DNA from: Microthyrium microscopicum
Lineage: Eukaryota
Reading direction: 5' to 3'
DNA: 64,000 nt
NCBI GenBank assembly: GCA_010405405.1
Contig: MU004239.1
Coordinates: forward strand, 186,001 to 250,000
Position 1 is the first letter of the stretch, and each line of letters opens with the position of its first letter. Under the pieces are notes generated by a model. The model saw only the letters and a list, made by a program, of their open reading frames with translations. It was not told where the DNA came from and did no database searches. Below, in pieces: positions 11,508 through 23,737 of the stretch. Position numbers and translations under genes: made by a program.

Positions 11508-13664
11508 CTATTCCTGGTCGTTGAAAATGAAGGTTTCGCCTTTACTGGAGCCACTGCTTTCAGAGCTGGCTATTAGAGATAGTTCATCTCCGTCGAACCT
11601 TGAGATGTTGACCCTGAAGGCGCCATTCGCTGGGATATTATGGTTTTGAACAGCGCCCCTCGTATAAGGACTTGAAGGACCTGGCTGGGCTGGGAAATCT
11701 CGTCTACTTGGTGACACAGGAGATGGCATTTGCTTTATTCTAGGTTCGATTCCGCGATCATATTGATTGTTGCTGCGTGGAGGGATTGGCGCGTGCCTGA
11801 CGGAACGTGGTGACAGGATACGCGCACTTTGGGAATCGTCTCTGTCAATAAAGTCTTCCAGTCTTGTTATTGTAGATTCTCGTGGACTCTTTTGCTTTAT
11901 TGGTGCGTTGAATTGCCTACTGGAGCTTGGGCTGGCCTGCGTAACCGGAGGACTGCTTATGCTAGTCTCTTTTCGTTCGAACATTGTGCTGACGAGACTC
12001 TTCTCTTTTGGATACTCAACACGCTGCAAAGTCTGAGAATGCGTACGTGTCCCAGCAGTCGCATAATGTTGTGGCGATGACCTGGAAATTGGAGAAGAAG
12101 TCTTTCCAACATTGGGAGATGACCGCACACTCCCAGTAGGTTGTGGACGTGACCTGAAAAGTGGAAGAGAACGAATTGAGCGCATCGAGACGTTTGATGG
12201 TCGTCGAGAGACAGCTTGAGCATTCATTTGGGCAGCCCGCTGTTCATACTTGATGCGTTGCTCCTCAGTGAGGATGGGACCACTGATTTTGAGCTTCGGA
12301 GTTGAGTCTATCTTCAATTTGCTACCCAGTCGTTGTAGTTTGTCTTTGGACCAAGAACCAATACGGGCCATTTTTTCTGTCATGCTCTTCTTGTTGCCGG
12401 AGTTCGATCTGCAGTCGTTCGACTCTTTACCATACCAGGAGTCAATCTGTTGATGGCCATGTGGTGTTTCTGCTTGGCTTGAAATGACCTGTTGCTGTTG
12501 AGCAGCTTCGGCTGCCCAGTCAGCCTCAGTCTTTGCTGCATTGTCGCGGAACATTCTCCTGGTCTCTTCCGCCGCCATCACCGAATTCGGGTTGTATCTG
12601 GAGGGTTGAGGCGCGGTAGTCGTAGTTTTGGCTCGGCTTCGTGATCGTGATCGAAGTGTACTTCGAGAAAGGGAGCGCATACGATCCAAAAGACCTGGTT
12701 CCTGTTCGCGAGTCTGCGATCGGCCTCTCTCAGAGTACATATCCTCCTCTGTATTCGCTGTGTATCTCCCTCCTCGATCTACTTCTCGTCGATCTGTCTC
12801 GCGCACATATCTGGAGATAGAGCCAGTGTCTTCCCTCCTGAGCATAGAAGATACCTTCTGAGACCAGCGATCGAGACGAGGCTGTTCGTTACGTTTGTAA
12901 CCGGGCGCATAGCCTATCCGAGGTGGAGATCCAGGTGGGCTTGTGGCGCTGTTGAAAGCATCGTGGTTTTGGTAAGCAGGATTTTGACCGTGAGGACTGA
13001 TAGGTTGATAAGGCTGTGAGCGGTAATCCGGCTGCTGCTCGAAGCGATTGGAAGACGGACTCATGGGCTGACCAGGCTGAGAGCGATAATCTGGCTGCTG
13101 TTCAAATCTGTTGCCAGACGGACTCATGGGCTGACGGGGCTGTGAGCGATAACCCGACTGCTGTCCAAACCGATTGGAAGATGGACCGCTTGCTACACTG
13201 GGTTGATATTGGAATGAAGGATCGCTGAACATGCTGGTGTTATCCTGAAATGGAGGGATTTTCAAAGATTCAGGACGCATTACGTACTGTTTTGTTCTTG
13301 GAGGCGTTCTGTCATAAAGTGAGTCCGGAGAATCTCGATTGTTTGTGCTATTCACAGGCTTTGCATTCGACGCAGGTGGAGATGAAGCTTGGCCACTGCT
13401 TGTCGAATTCTGCGAGGGGCCCTCAAATCCACGGGTGTATCGATTGTTGCCTACCCAAACCTCAGTGTCGGTAATTGTGATGTGGGCATTGGGGTCGATC
13501 TTTTTATCTCGATATTCGGGTCTGACTTGGCTCGAAACATCGCCCAAACGAAGCTGATGATGCGGTGTCCATTCATTTGTGCCGTTGTAAGGTTGAGCTG
13601 GATCTTGGGTCTGTCCGCTATCCTTCATGTCCACTCCAAAGGCAGCAGCGAGTGATTTCTTCAT
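11508..13664 (-). CDS. Hypothetical low-complexity (S/P/R/Q-rich, probably disordered) protein, 718 aa
   Basis: Uninterrupted 2.1-kb ORF starting at ATG; no recognisable domain. Confidence 0.75.
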   Translation of the reverse strand: MKKSLAAAFGVDMKDSGQTQDPAQPYNGTNEWTPHHQLRLGDVSSQVRPEYRDKKIDPNAHITITDTEVWVGNNRYTRGFEGPSQNSTSSGQASSPPASNAKPVNSTNNRDSPDSLYDRTPPRTKQYVMRPESLKIPPFQDNTSMFSDPSFQYQPSVASGPSSNRFGQQSGYRSQPRQPMSPSGNRFEQQPDYRSQPGQPMSPSSNRFEQQPDYRSQPYQPISPHGQNPAYQNHDAFNSATSPPGSPPRIGYAPGYKRNEQPRLDRWSQKVSSMLRREDTGSISRYVRETDRREVDRGGRYTANTEEDMYSERGRSQTREQEPGLLDRMRSLSRSTLRSRSRSRAKTTTTAPQPSRYNPNSVMAAEETRRMFRDNAAKTEADWAAEAAQQQQVISSQAETPHGHQQIDSWYGKESNDCRSNSGNKKSMTEKMARIGSWSKDKLQRLGSKLKIDSTPKLKISGPILTEEQRIKYEQRAAQMNAQAVSRRPSNVSMRSIRSLPLFRSRPQPTGSVRSSPNVGKTSSPISRSSPQHYATAGTRTHSQTLQRVEYPKEKSLVSTMFERKETSISSPPVTQASPSSSRQFNAPIKQKSPRESTITRLEDFIDRDDSQSARILSPRSVRHAPIPPRSNNQYDRGIEPRIKQMPSPVSPSRRDFPAQPGPSSPYTRGAVQNHNIPANGAFRVNISRFDGDELSLIASSESSGSSKGETFIFNDQE
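12995..13186. repeat. 63-nt coding tandem repeat x3 (SxNRFxQQxxYRSQPxQPxSP)
   Basis: ggctg(t/a)gagcg(g/a)taa recurs at ~13013, ~13075 and ~13138. Confidence 0.85.
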
Positions 13665-14445
13665 TCGATGGTTTCCTGAATGGCTATCGCTAAGAGCGCA
13701 TTATTCTGTTGAGCGTAGGGTTGGAATGGCGGTAGATGATGGCTAACGTGGAGGATTCTAGAGCTTAGCAAAGGAGAATATGTAATAATGACAATCAGAA
13801 TCACAGGTACTGAAGGTCCATGACTTTTGTAGACAATGGTCATCAGTAATCTAGAGGAGGAGACTGAGTACCTTCGCATCGGCTGATATGAACAAGTGAA
13901 GTGTAAACAAAATCAGGTGTAGTTCGTAAGCACAGGCAAATCCTGTACAAGTGTCATTCATAGGGATTTAGATCGTACAGTCACAGGAAAGGCCTCATAA
14001 TTTCTTAATTACGCCTTCATAGCCATGTGTGCAAATGCCGGCTTTCACACAAGACAAGTGAGAAAAGTTAGGTAGTGAAGAACACGCGGAACATTATGAC
14101 TGGCGCAAACCAACAACATATGCGGAATGCTTGGAAAACATACAGCTAATCCCCGCGAAGTTCCACACTATTGTCATAACCTGTGAACACATAAGTTGGA
14201 GAAAATTACGAAGAAGCTTGACATGTGAAGAACATTCAGCAAACATGAATAATCAGACTATGTTGGATGTCTTACGTCTTAAGTCAAAGGCACAAACATT
14301 GTGCTTTGAAATGGAGGTAACAACCATCTCAACTGTGACAAATAAACTCACTACAATAGAATCAGTCTCGATTATTTACTCAAGTTCATAAAATGCTACA
14401 CGTCTTACCAGCTTTTATGGATCTTGAACTAAGATATCGCTCACC

Positions 14446-15945
14446 ATGAGTTCCCCCATTTCACCCGAAGGCAACGATTTACTAGACGAGAAGCGTGACT
14501 GGTTCAGGAACGAGGTTGAAAACGGCGATGAGCTCTCCTCTGACGGAGATCTTTCATCTATTGAGGAGCATCCATCCAACGAGAACATTGTCGACATTGT
14601 GCAAAAATGGCGACCACTATGTTATACAATGGACCAAGCCCAATTCATCTCTTATCTGAAAATTGTCCATCCCTGGTGGATTGACGTCAACGAGAAATAC
14701 CTGCAAGAATGTTTAGACGAGCATGACTTGAGGGAATCTCCTTCCGATGAAACTCTTTTGGACATTGTCAAAACCACACGCGAACAGTTTCCTGGCGTCG
14801 GAAGACCTGAACTTCTCACCATCTTAAGACACAACATTGTATTTCCTTTGACTGATGACCGTTTGAAAGAATGTCTAGAGAGTCATAACCTGGCCGCAAC
14901 ACCAAATGATGATGAGCTTTTAAAGGCCATCACAAAGCTACGTCCATTGCATCCTCATCTCGGACGAGCTGCTTTTCGCACTCTTTTGAAAACATCCTAT
15001 ACCTGGACTCTGAGCGATGCTCGCCTCAAGAACCTTCTTGACAGAGATCGCTATCTGCAAGCAACACCAGACGGCAGTGGCAGTATTGACGAGATCATTC
15101 GTCAGACTTTCAGCGACTATAGAATCCGCGAGCGCAAGTTCTTCCTGGGCTTGTCCAAGGAAAAGGTCTTGAAGATCTCAATTGGCCTTTCAGGTAAGAC
15201 CAATGACCCTTCACGGCCCTACGCAGAACAGCCAGAAATCCTGCGTTGCATGATAATCAAAGATCATAGGCTCTTTACACGTGTTCGATGCAGTACGAAC
15301 GGACTACAGCGGCGTATCAACTGACCACTTTCAGATAAGCCAATTTTTCCTGCATGCAGCTTCCGACATCACTTCGAAATACTGCTAGTACTGCGTGGAC
15401 GAAAGCCGTGTGTTCTCATCGGCGATAGAAGGGCTCAAGAAATTTATGACGAATTGGTCGAACACTGCGTTAAGCCGATGATGCGGCCAGAGCATGGACG
15501 ATACAGACTTGAGCAGTACGGCTTCCACCTTCAAAAATGCACAAACGATATCAAGATCCCGGATCGCCTTCGAAAAGACTTTGGTGATGGCTGGGTGTTC
15601 GCTGACAAACAAAGCAAACAGTGGCGCCTAGTGGAAAACTTGTTTTTGAAGCCTAACAGTGGCGAGTTCAGCGAGCATGATCTTAGACTCGCTCTAGGCC
15701 ATCCGGGTATTTCTGGCAGCAAAGATTTCAAAGTTATGGATAATACGGAAAGGAATCTTCTAGTGAAAGAGCTCAACCTTCAGGGGGAGGGTGTTCCTGA
15801 CGTGAGGGCCTACGATTTTACTTGTCCTGTAGAAACTGCTGACTATGAAGATATCATGACACATTTCTTTGAATGTCAGTCTGAAGCAAACAAAGTAGGA
15901 ATGGTTCTCGCAACACAAGATTGGCCGAAGAGAAAACTTACATAA
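14446..15945 (+). CDS. Hypothetical protein with three N-terminal ~50-aa helical repeats; intron 15194-15334
   Basis: A GTAAGA...CTGAC...CAG intron joins ...GLS-DKPIFPACSFRHHFEILLVLRGRKPCV...VEHCVKP in frame with ORF 15454-15945. Confidence 0.7.
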
Positions 15946-16572
15946 GGACGAGTGCAGATATGCCAGACAAACCTTGAATACCCAAAAGGCCTATGGCCGC
16001 GATTCTGTATTGTAAAAAGTTGATGATGGCCATACAAGTTTATTCACGGTGTACTGTATCATTGCGTTTGTACTGAAATAACAGTGAAGTTCGTCAAACG
16101 ACACTTTGAAGCGACTTGATAGGCACTTCATTGAATGGTCATGGATACGAGGCACATGAATGCCAGCTCTGGTACATTGACGAGATGAAGTGAGTATTGG
16201 TAGCGAAAGGAGTAGATCTATTGATAGGATACACGCATCTAGCTACCTACTCGACAGGATATGAGTTTGGGCTGAAGTTGGAGATGAAGTGAAGTTGGAG
16301 AACTTGTGGAGCTTGGCGATTATCCAGCGCCATGCTTTCCGCTGGCGCCGCTCCACCTATCAAGCCACGCTAGCTGCCCCACCACACCTGCAACTGCAAC
16401 TCATTCTCCTCTGTCGCCCTTGATCAATTTTTTTTTTGTTCGCAATGCAGGCCTAGTACCTTCAACCATCTTCCACTTCTTTAATCGGTGATTAAACACT
16501 TTTTACATTTGCGCATTCGCTGCGATATGATTAAGCTTTAGTCTCTTTACCTCCAAGCACATCCATCGAGAT

Positions 16573-18039
16573 ATGTCTTCCCAAATCCAGCCTTTGGAGT
16601 CGAAGCAGACGCTCAAGGCTGCACTCGCCCTTGTCCGCCATCTTGAGAAGCAGCAAAACGAAGAAAACATACATCGACCCAGTCTTCTAGCTGACACAGA
16701 CGATGAGTCTCCCAAATCATCTCTTGACGTTCCCCTCTGGCTTTTGGTCACTGCCAAAAAGCACCTGGCTACCTCACATTCTCTGAATCCCGCTAAAGTG
16801 TGAGTATTCTCTACTCTCATGCGCCTGTATATCCTTTGCTAATTCTACATCAGACTTGTACCTCACCCACTCTATACCTCGCCAAGCACTCGTGTTTGCC
16901 TCATAACCGCCGATCCACATAGTTCTCAGCCAAAGGTGTACAAGAAGCTCATCAAGGACGCCGCATTTCCCAATGATCTGCAAGAAAAAATTGTCAAGGT
17001 CATCGCCTACTCCCGTCTCGCAAAGAAGTTCAAACAGTTTGAGGCTAGAAGACAGCTCATGGCTGACTATGATGTCTTTCTCGTCGATGAACGGGTTGCT
17101 CATCTTCTTCCCGTGGCCTTGGGCAAGACTTTTTACAAATCAACCACAAAGCGCCCAATGCCTGTGAGCTTGACTGGCAAGGAGCTTTGGGGAAAGAAAG
17201 TCAAGAAAGCGCCACTCGACAGACTCAAGAAGAAAGACAAGGACACACCCAAGGTGATTGGAAAACCAGAGGACGTTGCTTTAGACATTGAAAAAGTTCT
17301 GTCCAGTCTGGCTATGAATCTGAGCCCCTCGCCTACTCTTTCCATCAAGGTTGCATATGCCGGTTGGCCCGCAGAATGGATTGCTGAGAATGTGGATGTC
17401 GCGGTTCAACGAGTTGTCTCCAAATATGTCCCTGAACAGTGGAATGGGTTGAAAGCCTTGCATCTGAAAGGGCCCGACACGGCTGCTTTACCGATCTGGA
17501 TGGCTGACCAACTATGGCAAACCGAAGACGATGTACTGGACGATGCGGAGGAGGCTACCGGACTCACCGTCGCCAAACAGACCAAGGATGAGAAGAAACA
17601 ACGCAAGGAGCTGGCCAAAGCAAAGTATGCAGAATTGACACAGAGTACACAGGAGGAGCCGAAGCCAGAGAAAAAGCGTAAACGTGTTTCAGGAAAGGAC
17701 GAGGAGGAAGTCAAGGTGAAAAAGACCAAGAAAAAGGTCAAAATTGCGACTGCTGCTGAAATTGAGGTTACTGGTACTACTGGAAAACCTCGCAAAACTG
17801 CTGATGCTGGCTATGATACCGAGAAAACCGAGGAGATCATCGTGGTTAAACGAAAACAAAAGATCCGAGCTGCGGAGAAGCAGGATAAGCTGGAAAAACC
17901 CAAGGCCAAGGAGGTACCAGAGCCGGAGAATGTAGATCGACCAGCCAAGTCTTCCAAAAAGGAGAAACGGTCCAAACCTGCCAAGGAGGCAAAAAAGAGT
18001 GAGCAGGTAGCTCCAGAAGAGACCAAAGCTCGTATGTAA
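16573..18039 (+). CDS. Ribosomal L1-domain nucleolar protein (Cic1/Utp30/RSL1D1 family); intron ~16799-16853
   Basis: CLITADP, KFKQFEARRQLMADYDVFLVDERV..LLPxxLGKxFY, LHLKGPDTAALPIW and a Lys/Glu-rich tail. Confidence 0.85.
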
Positions 18040-18248
18040 TTCAATAGACCATATCACCTGCTAGGCTTACCCTTTCTCTAGAAAATCCACCCGAAGCAAA
18101 AGTTAAATTTGATGTTGCAAACTGGGACTGGACCAATAAATCATAAGCTAAGTAATTTGATCTATTCTTTTATTTTTTTATGTCTGTCAAGTGGCTATGA
18201 TACCCTTTAGCTACTTTAGCTATGGAGCAGGAAATTTACGATGTCTTC

Positions 18249-18699
18249 TTATTGAGACTGCTTTAGCATATTACACCAATTACACGAATCACAGTTTCTT
18301 ACCAAATCATCTGTGTTGCTTAATTCGTTGTTCGTTGGTCGCGAACTTTCGCGCCTAAGCCCAAAATTGGTATCAATAGTGCTCTCAATAAGGAAGTCTA
18401 TTGAGACCCCTTTTCGGAACAACCTTTGACATGTTTTCTCGTCAGGCTTTCAGATATTCGCAACGACCACAAGCTATCAAAGCTTAATGATGTTCTATGT
18501 CCTCTTGAAAGAAGTATTCGATATCTGTACCAGCTTTTCCAAACTTCAGAGCAAAGATGTCTATAGAAGTCTTCTCAATAAGCAACAAGCTCAAAGAAAC
18601 ACCCGAAGCTAAACCCGATTGACTCCGTGATCCGGCTCGGTTCTTTGCAGAGTCTCTATTGAGGACCAATCTAAGTCAAAAGCCTTTTGATATCAATAG
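18249..18699. promoter_or_regulatory. Cluster of six (C/T)TATTGA(G/T) motifs upstream of the pheromone precursor; putative MAT1-1-1 alpha-box binding sites
   Basis: TTATTGAG 18249(+), ATCAATAG 18372, CTCAATAA 18384, CTATTGAG 18398, CTCAATAA 18574, CTATTGAG 18656; a seventh near-match, ATCAATAG, at 18692. Confidence 0.7.
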
Positions 18700-18872
18700 C
18701 CATATCCTTTGATGAATAACTCCAAGGGACAGGAAGAACAAACACCAGAAAATGGCATTTGAAGCCCTCCATCCCTCCTCTCTCGACACTCACAACGCTC
18801 AAAAACCTTCATTTGCGCAACTCCCATAACACATCTTTTTCATTCTACGAAAACCAAAACACTTCCTTCACT

Positions 18873-19394
18873 ATGAAGCTCACTTCCATCCTCTTCGTCG
18901 CCACCATGGCCATTGCTCAGGCTGCCGCCATCGAGTCAACCGACGAGCAAAACCTCTCCCACGATGCATGCTACCAGCCAAACGGCCCATGCGCCAAGCT
19001 CGACCACGCCATTGCCTCCGCCAAGGGAATCTTGAACAACCCATACGGCCCCAAGCCAGATGTCAACAGCAAGCGTGCCTTTGACTACCTCAGCACTGCT
19101 CTCGACCAGGCCTCTGCCCGCGACTTCCAAGCCATGCAGAAGCGTGACACCAACCTTGAGCGCCGCTGGAGATGGACCAACTGGTGCGGTTGGGCCGGTG
19201 AGGGCTGCGGAAAGGCCCGTCGCTCTGCTACTGCTATCCAGGAGATCCTCGGCGATGACAAGCTCCAGAAGCGCTGGAGCTGGACCAACTGGTGCGGTTG
19301 GGCTGGCGAGGGCTGTGGAAAGGCTCGTCGTTCTATCGATGAGCTCCTCAAGGTCTCTGATGAGGTCCTCAAGAGCATCCCTCAAGAGGAATAG
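18873..19394 (+). CDS. ppg1: Alpha-factor-type mating pheromone precursor (ppg1/ccg-4/ppgA class)
   Basis: Signal peptide MKLTSILFVATMAIAQAAA; two repeats W(R/S)WTNWCGWAGEGCG flanked by dibasic Kex2 sites (RR/KR ... KARR); degenerate CYQPNGPCAK unit. Confidence 0.85.
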   Translation: MKLTSILFVATMAIAQAAAIESTDEQNLSHDACYQPNGPCAKLDHAIASAKGILNNPYGPKPDVNSKRAFDYLSTALDQASARDFQAMQKRDTNLERRWRWTNWCGWAGEGCGKARRSATAIQEILGDDKLQKRWSWTNWCGWAGEGCGKARRSIDELLKVSDEVLKSIPQEE

Positions 19395-19854
19395 AGCTTT
19401 GGCTTCCATTGCCTACTCTTCTGAGTTGATCTGAGCTGCTTTACTTCTTGTCTTCTACTTTGGGCTGGCCCTGCGGTTGGTCTCTGACTGGTCGCAGGAA
19501 TAGTCCGTTTGCGTTCGGCATGACTACTGGTATACTGGTGGTTTATATATGTTGAACGTCTTTTTTGTATATAGTCTGGCATGTGGAGGACTTATCTTCT
19601 ATCTGTTATACTGCCTTATAGCTATCAGTCTCTGATAGACGTAGGATGAATATAATCTTTGTTTATAATTCTGCTTACTTTGTGATGTTTGATTTGTGAT
19701 TACATGCTCTTCAACCTGCCCTTCTTGTCACTTTATTGACTTCGTTTCACGTGCTAAATGCTTCGATAATTCCCTAGTTGTCACTGCCTTTGGTGTCCTG
19801 CAGGTTTTTATGATAGCCACTTGACGTTTCCTTGTGCGGATTGGGAAGGTTTCT

Positions 19855-21295
19855 TTAAGGTTCCGCCTGTTTCGTTTCTTCTTCCTTCATATTGTCCATC
19901 GCCATCTCCAAACAGTCCAGTGCCGTCTTCATCGACCACGACCTACCAGCCGCATTCAACGCAAGTCCCATAAACGGCAGTCGTCTCAACATCCGTCCAC
20001 TTACCCCCTTACACTTATCGGAGAGAGTCCACAATCGGCGACTCGGACTCTCGTCTGCTGTCTCATCCGACAACCGCAACTCTGACAAACTCATCAACAT
20101 CCCATCCTCCGGCACTGGCGATCCCTCGAGCAGATCCCCTTGTGCACCGTTTACCAGCCCACATCTGACCATCTCCCCAAAACAACTCCTCAAAATATCA
20201 TACCTCGCCCCCTGCCCGGGTAGCGGCACCTTCTCCACCAGATCCACGCGGTCTAGAAATGCGCCATCCATGCTGTCAGCCAAATTGCTCGTACATAACA
20301 GCAGCACGTTTGGCGTATAGCGCATTCGATCTAGCATGACGAGCAGTGCGTTCGTAACCCTCACTACCTCTCCCACCTCCTGGGTTTGTAGCGCACGTTC
20401 CCTGGATCCAGCAATGCTTTCGATTTCGTCGATGAGGACTAGCACGAGATGCGAGGGATCAGAGGCCAAGGAGAAAATAGTTTGAAAGGCGTTCGTTATG
20501 TGGGTGACTGATTCACCAAAGAATTTCGAGAAGAGAGAGGAGGTGTGTAGTTCGAGGAGTGTGCTGGTGGGGAAGGTGGTCGACAGCCGAATGGAGAGTT
20601 TTTGCGCCAACGCGCGACAGAGGCTCGTTTTGCCGGTGCCAGGCGGGCCGTGGAGTAGGATTACACGGTTTAGATGGATGATGTTGGGATTTAAGCCGGT
20701 GGAGGAGAAGTGCAAGAGGTGAGTGGTAAAAGCCAGGAGTTTGTTGGGGAGGGCTGGTTCGCGGACGGTAGGGTCAAAGATGAGAGATTCGTAGAGGCCA
20801 TGGAGGGTACGATGAGGGAGGGATGTGATGCGCAGTGGGGAGGGCGTGTCGTCGGCGCTCGTTTCTGACTGAGTGACGATGGGGTCGCAGAGGGTGTCGT
20901 CTGATGGGATACCTGTGGGCTCTTGAAAGGCTTTGGGGGTGTGGTCGTGAAGGGTTATTAGGTTGATATCGAGGTTAACGGCAGAAAGGTAGAATATTTT
21001 GGAGTCGACTTGTGGGCCAGAGTAGCCAGATACGAGGATGTAGTCGATTGTTTCGCGGAGAGAGGGATTATCTAAGAGCAAGTCAGTGCTCTGACGGAGA
21101 CTGGAGAATATAATCCTCAATAAGAGGAGAATTGTAGGACGCACCAAAGGACGATATCTGCTGGCCTAATTGCAGACATGAAAAGTTGTCATTCAAATGA
21201 GTCAAAATTTGTTGACGTACGCTTGAGAGATCGTCATCCTGGTGACGGCCGCTGGATTCAAAGTAGACTTCAAGATGAAGGACCACGGGAAACAT
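19855..21295 (-). CDS. PCH2: Pachytene checkpoint AAA+ ATPase (Pch2/TRIP13); intron 21144-21072
   Basis: LPHRTLHGLYESLIF, NRVILLHGPPGTGKTSLCRALAQKLSIR, SLFSKFFGES, VLIDEIES, RVTNALL, AFLDRVD, SGRMLRRLP. Confidence 0.92.
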
Positions 21296-22402
21296 ATCGG
21301 ACTGGTTTGCCAGGAAAGTGATGTTGTGAGGAGTGCAACATGTGGGAGGAGATGAGTATATCCTTCGTCCAGGATGTCCTCAACAAATTTCAAGCCTAAC
21401 AACCTTTACCTCTAGAAGTCAGAATACCTACCTAGGTAGTTGAAACGCCTTGATGTATATCTTTTTGACTTCTAAAGCGAGCCATTGTGTCTTTCATCCC
21501 TTCTTCTATCCTCTTCGAACCTCATTTGCCAAAAGCAAGTTATCAGGAGTTGATTTCCTTCACAGCTACCAGTACTAGTACTAGTAGGTTAGGCTACTAA
21601 GACTCTGCAGAATATCTGCAAAATGTTGCTATGAAATAAATGTAAGCGATCCTTTCCTGGACGAACTTTCCTACATTTGGATGACGCATGGAAATTGTCC
21701 TAGAGCCAAATTATGGACAATAGTAAGTGAGAAAAGGAAGTGGTTGTTGTAGCAAGCGAGCTTTGATGTGGTACAGAATACCGCACTCCCAAGTAGCCTA
21801 TCTTCTGCATTCCAAATTGCCAGAATGCAACTGTCTCATAGAGCTAAAGAAAATTCAAGCAACAATCGTGATATCGAACCTCAGGCAGCCCGAATCCAAG
21901 AACTCTGTGAACTGTGAGTTGAGCTGTAGGTCTGAAAGTCAACGCGGAGAGCCGGAGCTGTTTCTCAATATGATCTTGCTTGGCCCCTTGTATATCTCCA
22001 CTGTAAGAAGCCTCACTCTACAAGTTTGGCGATGGAATCTTTCTTAGCACGACTATGTGGAGAGCCGTTGTGTTTCGATGGTTGAAGTTTTCGGAGAACA
22101 TGGGCTCTTCTGTTCGATAACCTAGCTGGGAAAGTATTGGTGATTTTGCGGAAAACCGGTCTTGGTAATTTTGCTATCCCGCGGTGCCATGAAGATGTCG
22201 ACGGCAAATCGATCCACATCGTATGTTCCTCAGATCTTCGTGTAATTTAGGCGTATATCAGGGCGCAATATCCACAAGTCATCGGAGTATTGATCGTCTG
22301 CGCCGGCTAGCCAGCAAGTATAAGAATGCTCACGTCCAAAGCCAAAGGGGTTTTTGTCTTCATGATACTACATCAGCCGCTTCAATTATATCAGTCTCTA
22401 CC

Positions 22403-23000
22403 ATGCGTTTCTCCACTTTCTTGGCCTCTGCTTTTGCATCTGCGGGACTTGCAACCATTCTCCCTCTTCCTATAGCTTCTACCATAAACCTTCCCCAGCC
22501 CAATCCTTTCGAAGCCATCCATCAAGCAGAAAATGACCTTGCTCTTATTCTGGATACCAAAGATTGGAACTCAATCTCCAGACGCGTCACCCAAGATGTC
22601 GTCTATGACAGTACTGCGCTAGGCCAGTTTGGTGGTCTCTCCAACGGCATTGACCAGTTCATCGTGAACGCAAAGGCTGCATTCGGGAACGCTCTTGTAG
22701 CGCACCATGTGACCAACGGATTCATCGTATTTACCAGTCCCTCTAGCGCCAATGTCACTACATAGTTAGTACCCTTCGTTGCGGGCTTCCATTGCTCTCA
22801 CTGCACTTTCGCTGACGGGTGCTAGCATTACGTGGTCTCAATGGGATCCGCATGCGCTGGAGGATTACAGCAAAACCTTCCGAGTGTTCGAAAAATGCCA
22901 GGATGTGTTCGTTCTTCAGAATGGGTTGTGGAAACTTCACTATAGTAAAGTGACAAATCTAGCGCCAAAAGTGGAAAGTCCGTTTTTTAGCGATATTTAG
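22403..23000 (+). CDS. Small secreted SnoaL/NTF2-like protein; intron 22765-22826
   Basis: Signal peptide MRFSTFLASAFASAGLA; LDTKDW..TQDVVYD, HHVTN, then after splicing YITWSQW...QDVFVLQNGLWKL. Confidence 0.7.
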
Positions 23001-23737
23001 ACAAGTTTGACGTATTGAAGCAGGATCAAGGACATACAAGGCAACCGCCGTAATGGGCAAATCCTCATTTGGTAGTAATGGTAGGGAATTACAATAGAAC
23101 AGAGTCTAAGGAGATTAAGTTCTTCTCTACCTGAAGACATGTTTGACCGGGTCCATAATACTGAGTGCTATGTACTGAGTTGCCAGATTCGCACGCGTTT
23201 GAGGCGGCTTCATGGTTCGTACTCCAGGAATACTATCACACTATCATCAATAGCCGGAAGATTTCTTGCATATGGTTAAGGAGAAGGTAATAATAGAGAC
23301 AGAGACGAAGAAAAGGGAGTTGCACCTTGAGAAGGATCGGACCGAGCTAACAAGGATCCATCCCTGGTCGAGCCGGACCGATATCTCCAACGTCACTCAA
23401 CATTAAATCAGATGCAGCAACAGCCAAGCTAGCTGCCAGCCAAGACTTCATAACGTTACCACCAAGCTTTTGTATCCTACAACTTCTACAACTCCTAATC
23501 ATATCATACTACTTTCAACGATCGCTTCCCAATCTCTATACGTCCTACGTGAATACCCTCAGAAACGTCTCGATTGATCCTCGCGTCGAGCGTCTTATCT
23601 ACATCGTCAAACTTTGCGAATTTACCCGAACGATCGCTGTCGCAATTGATATCATACCACAATACCATTATCCTTAGTTGGGGCACATGCCGCTTCTCAA
23701 CAATTCAGTACAAATGCATTCATAACGTCAGATTATC

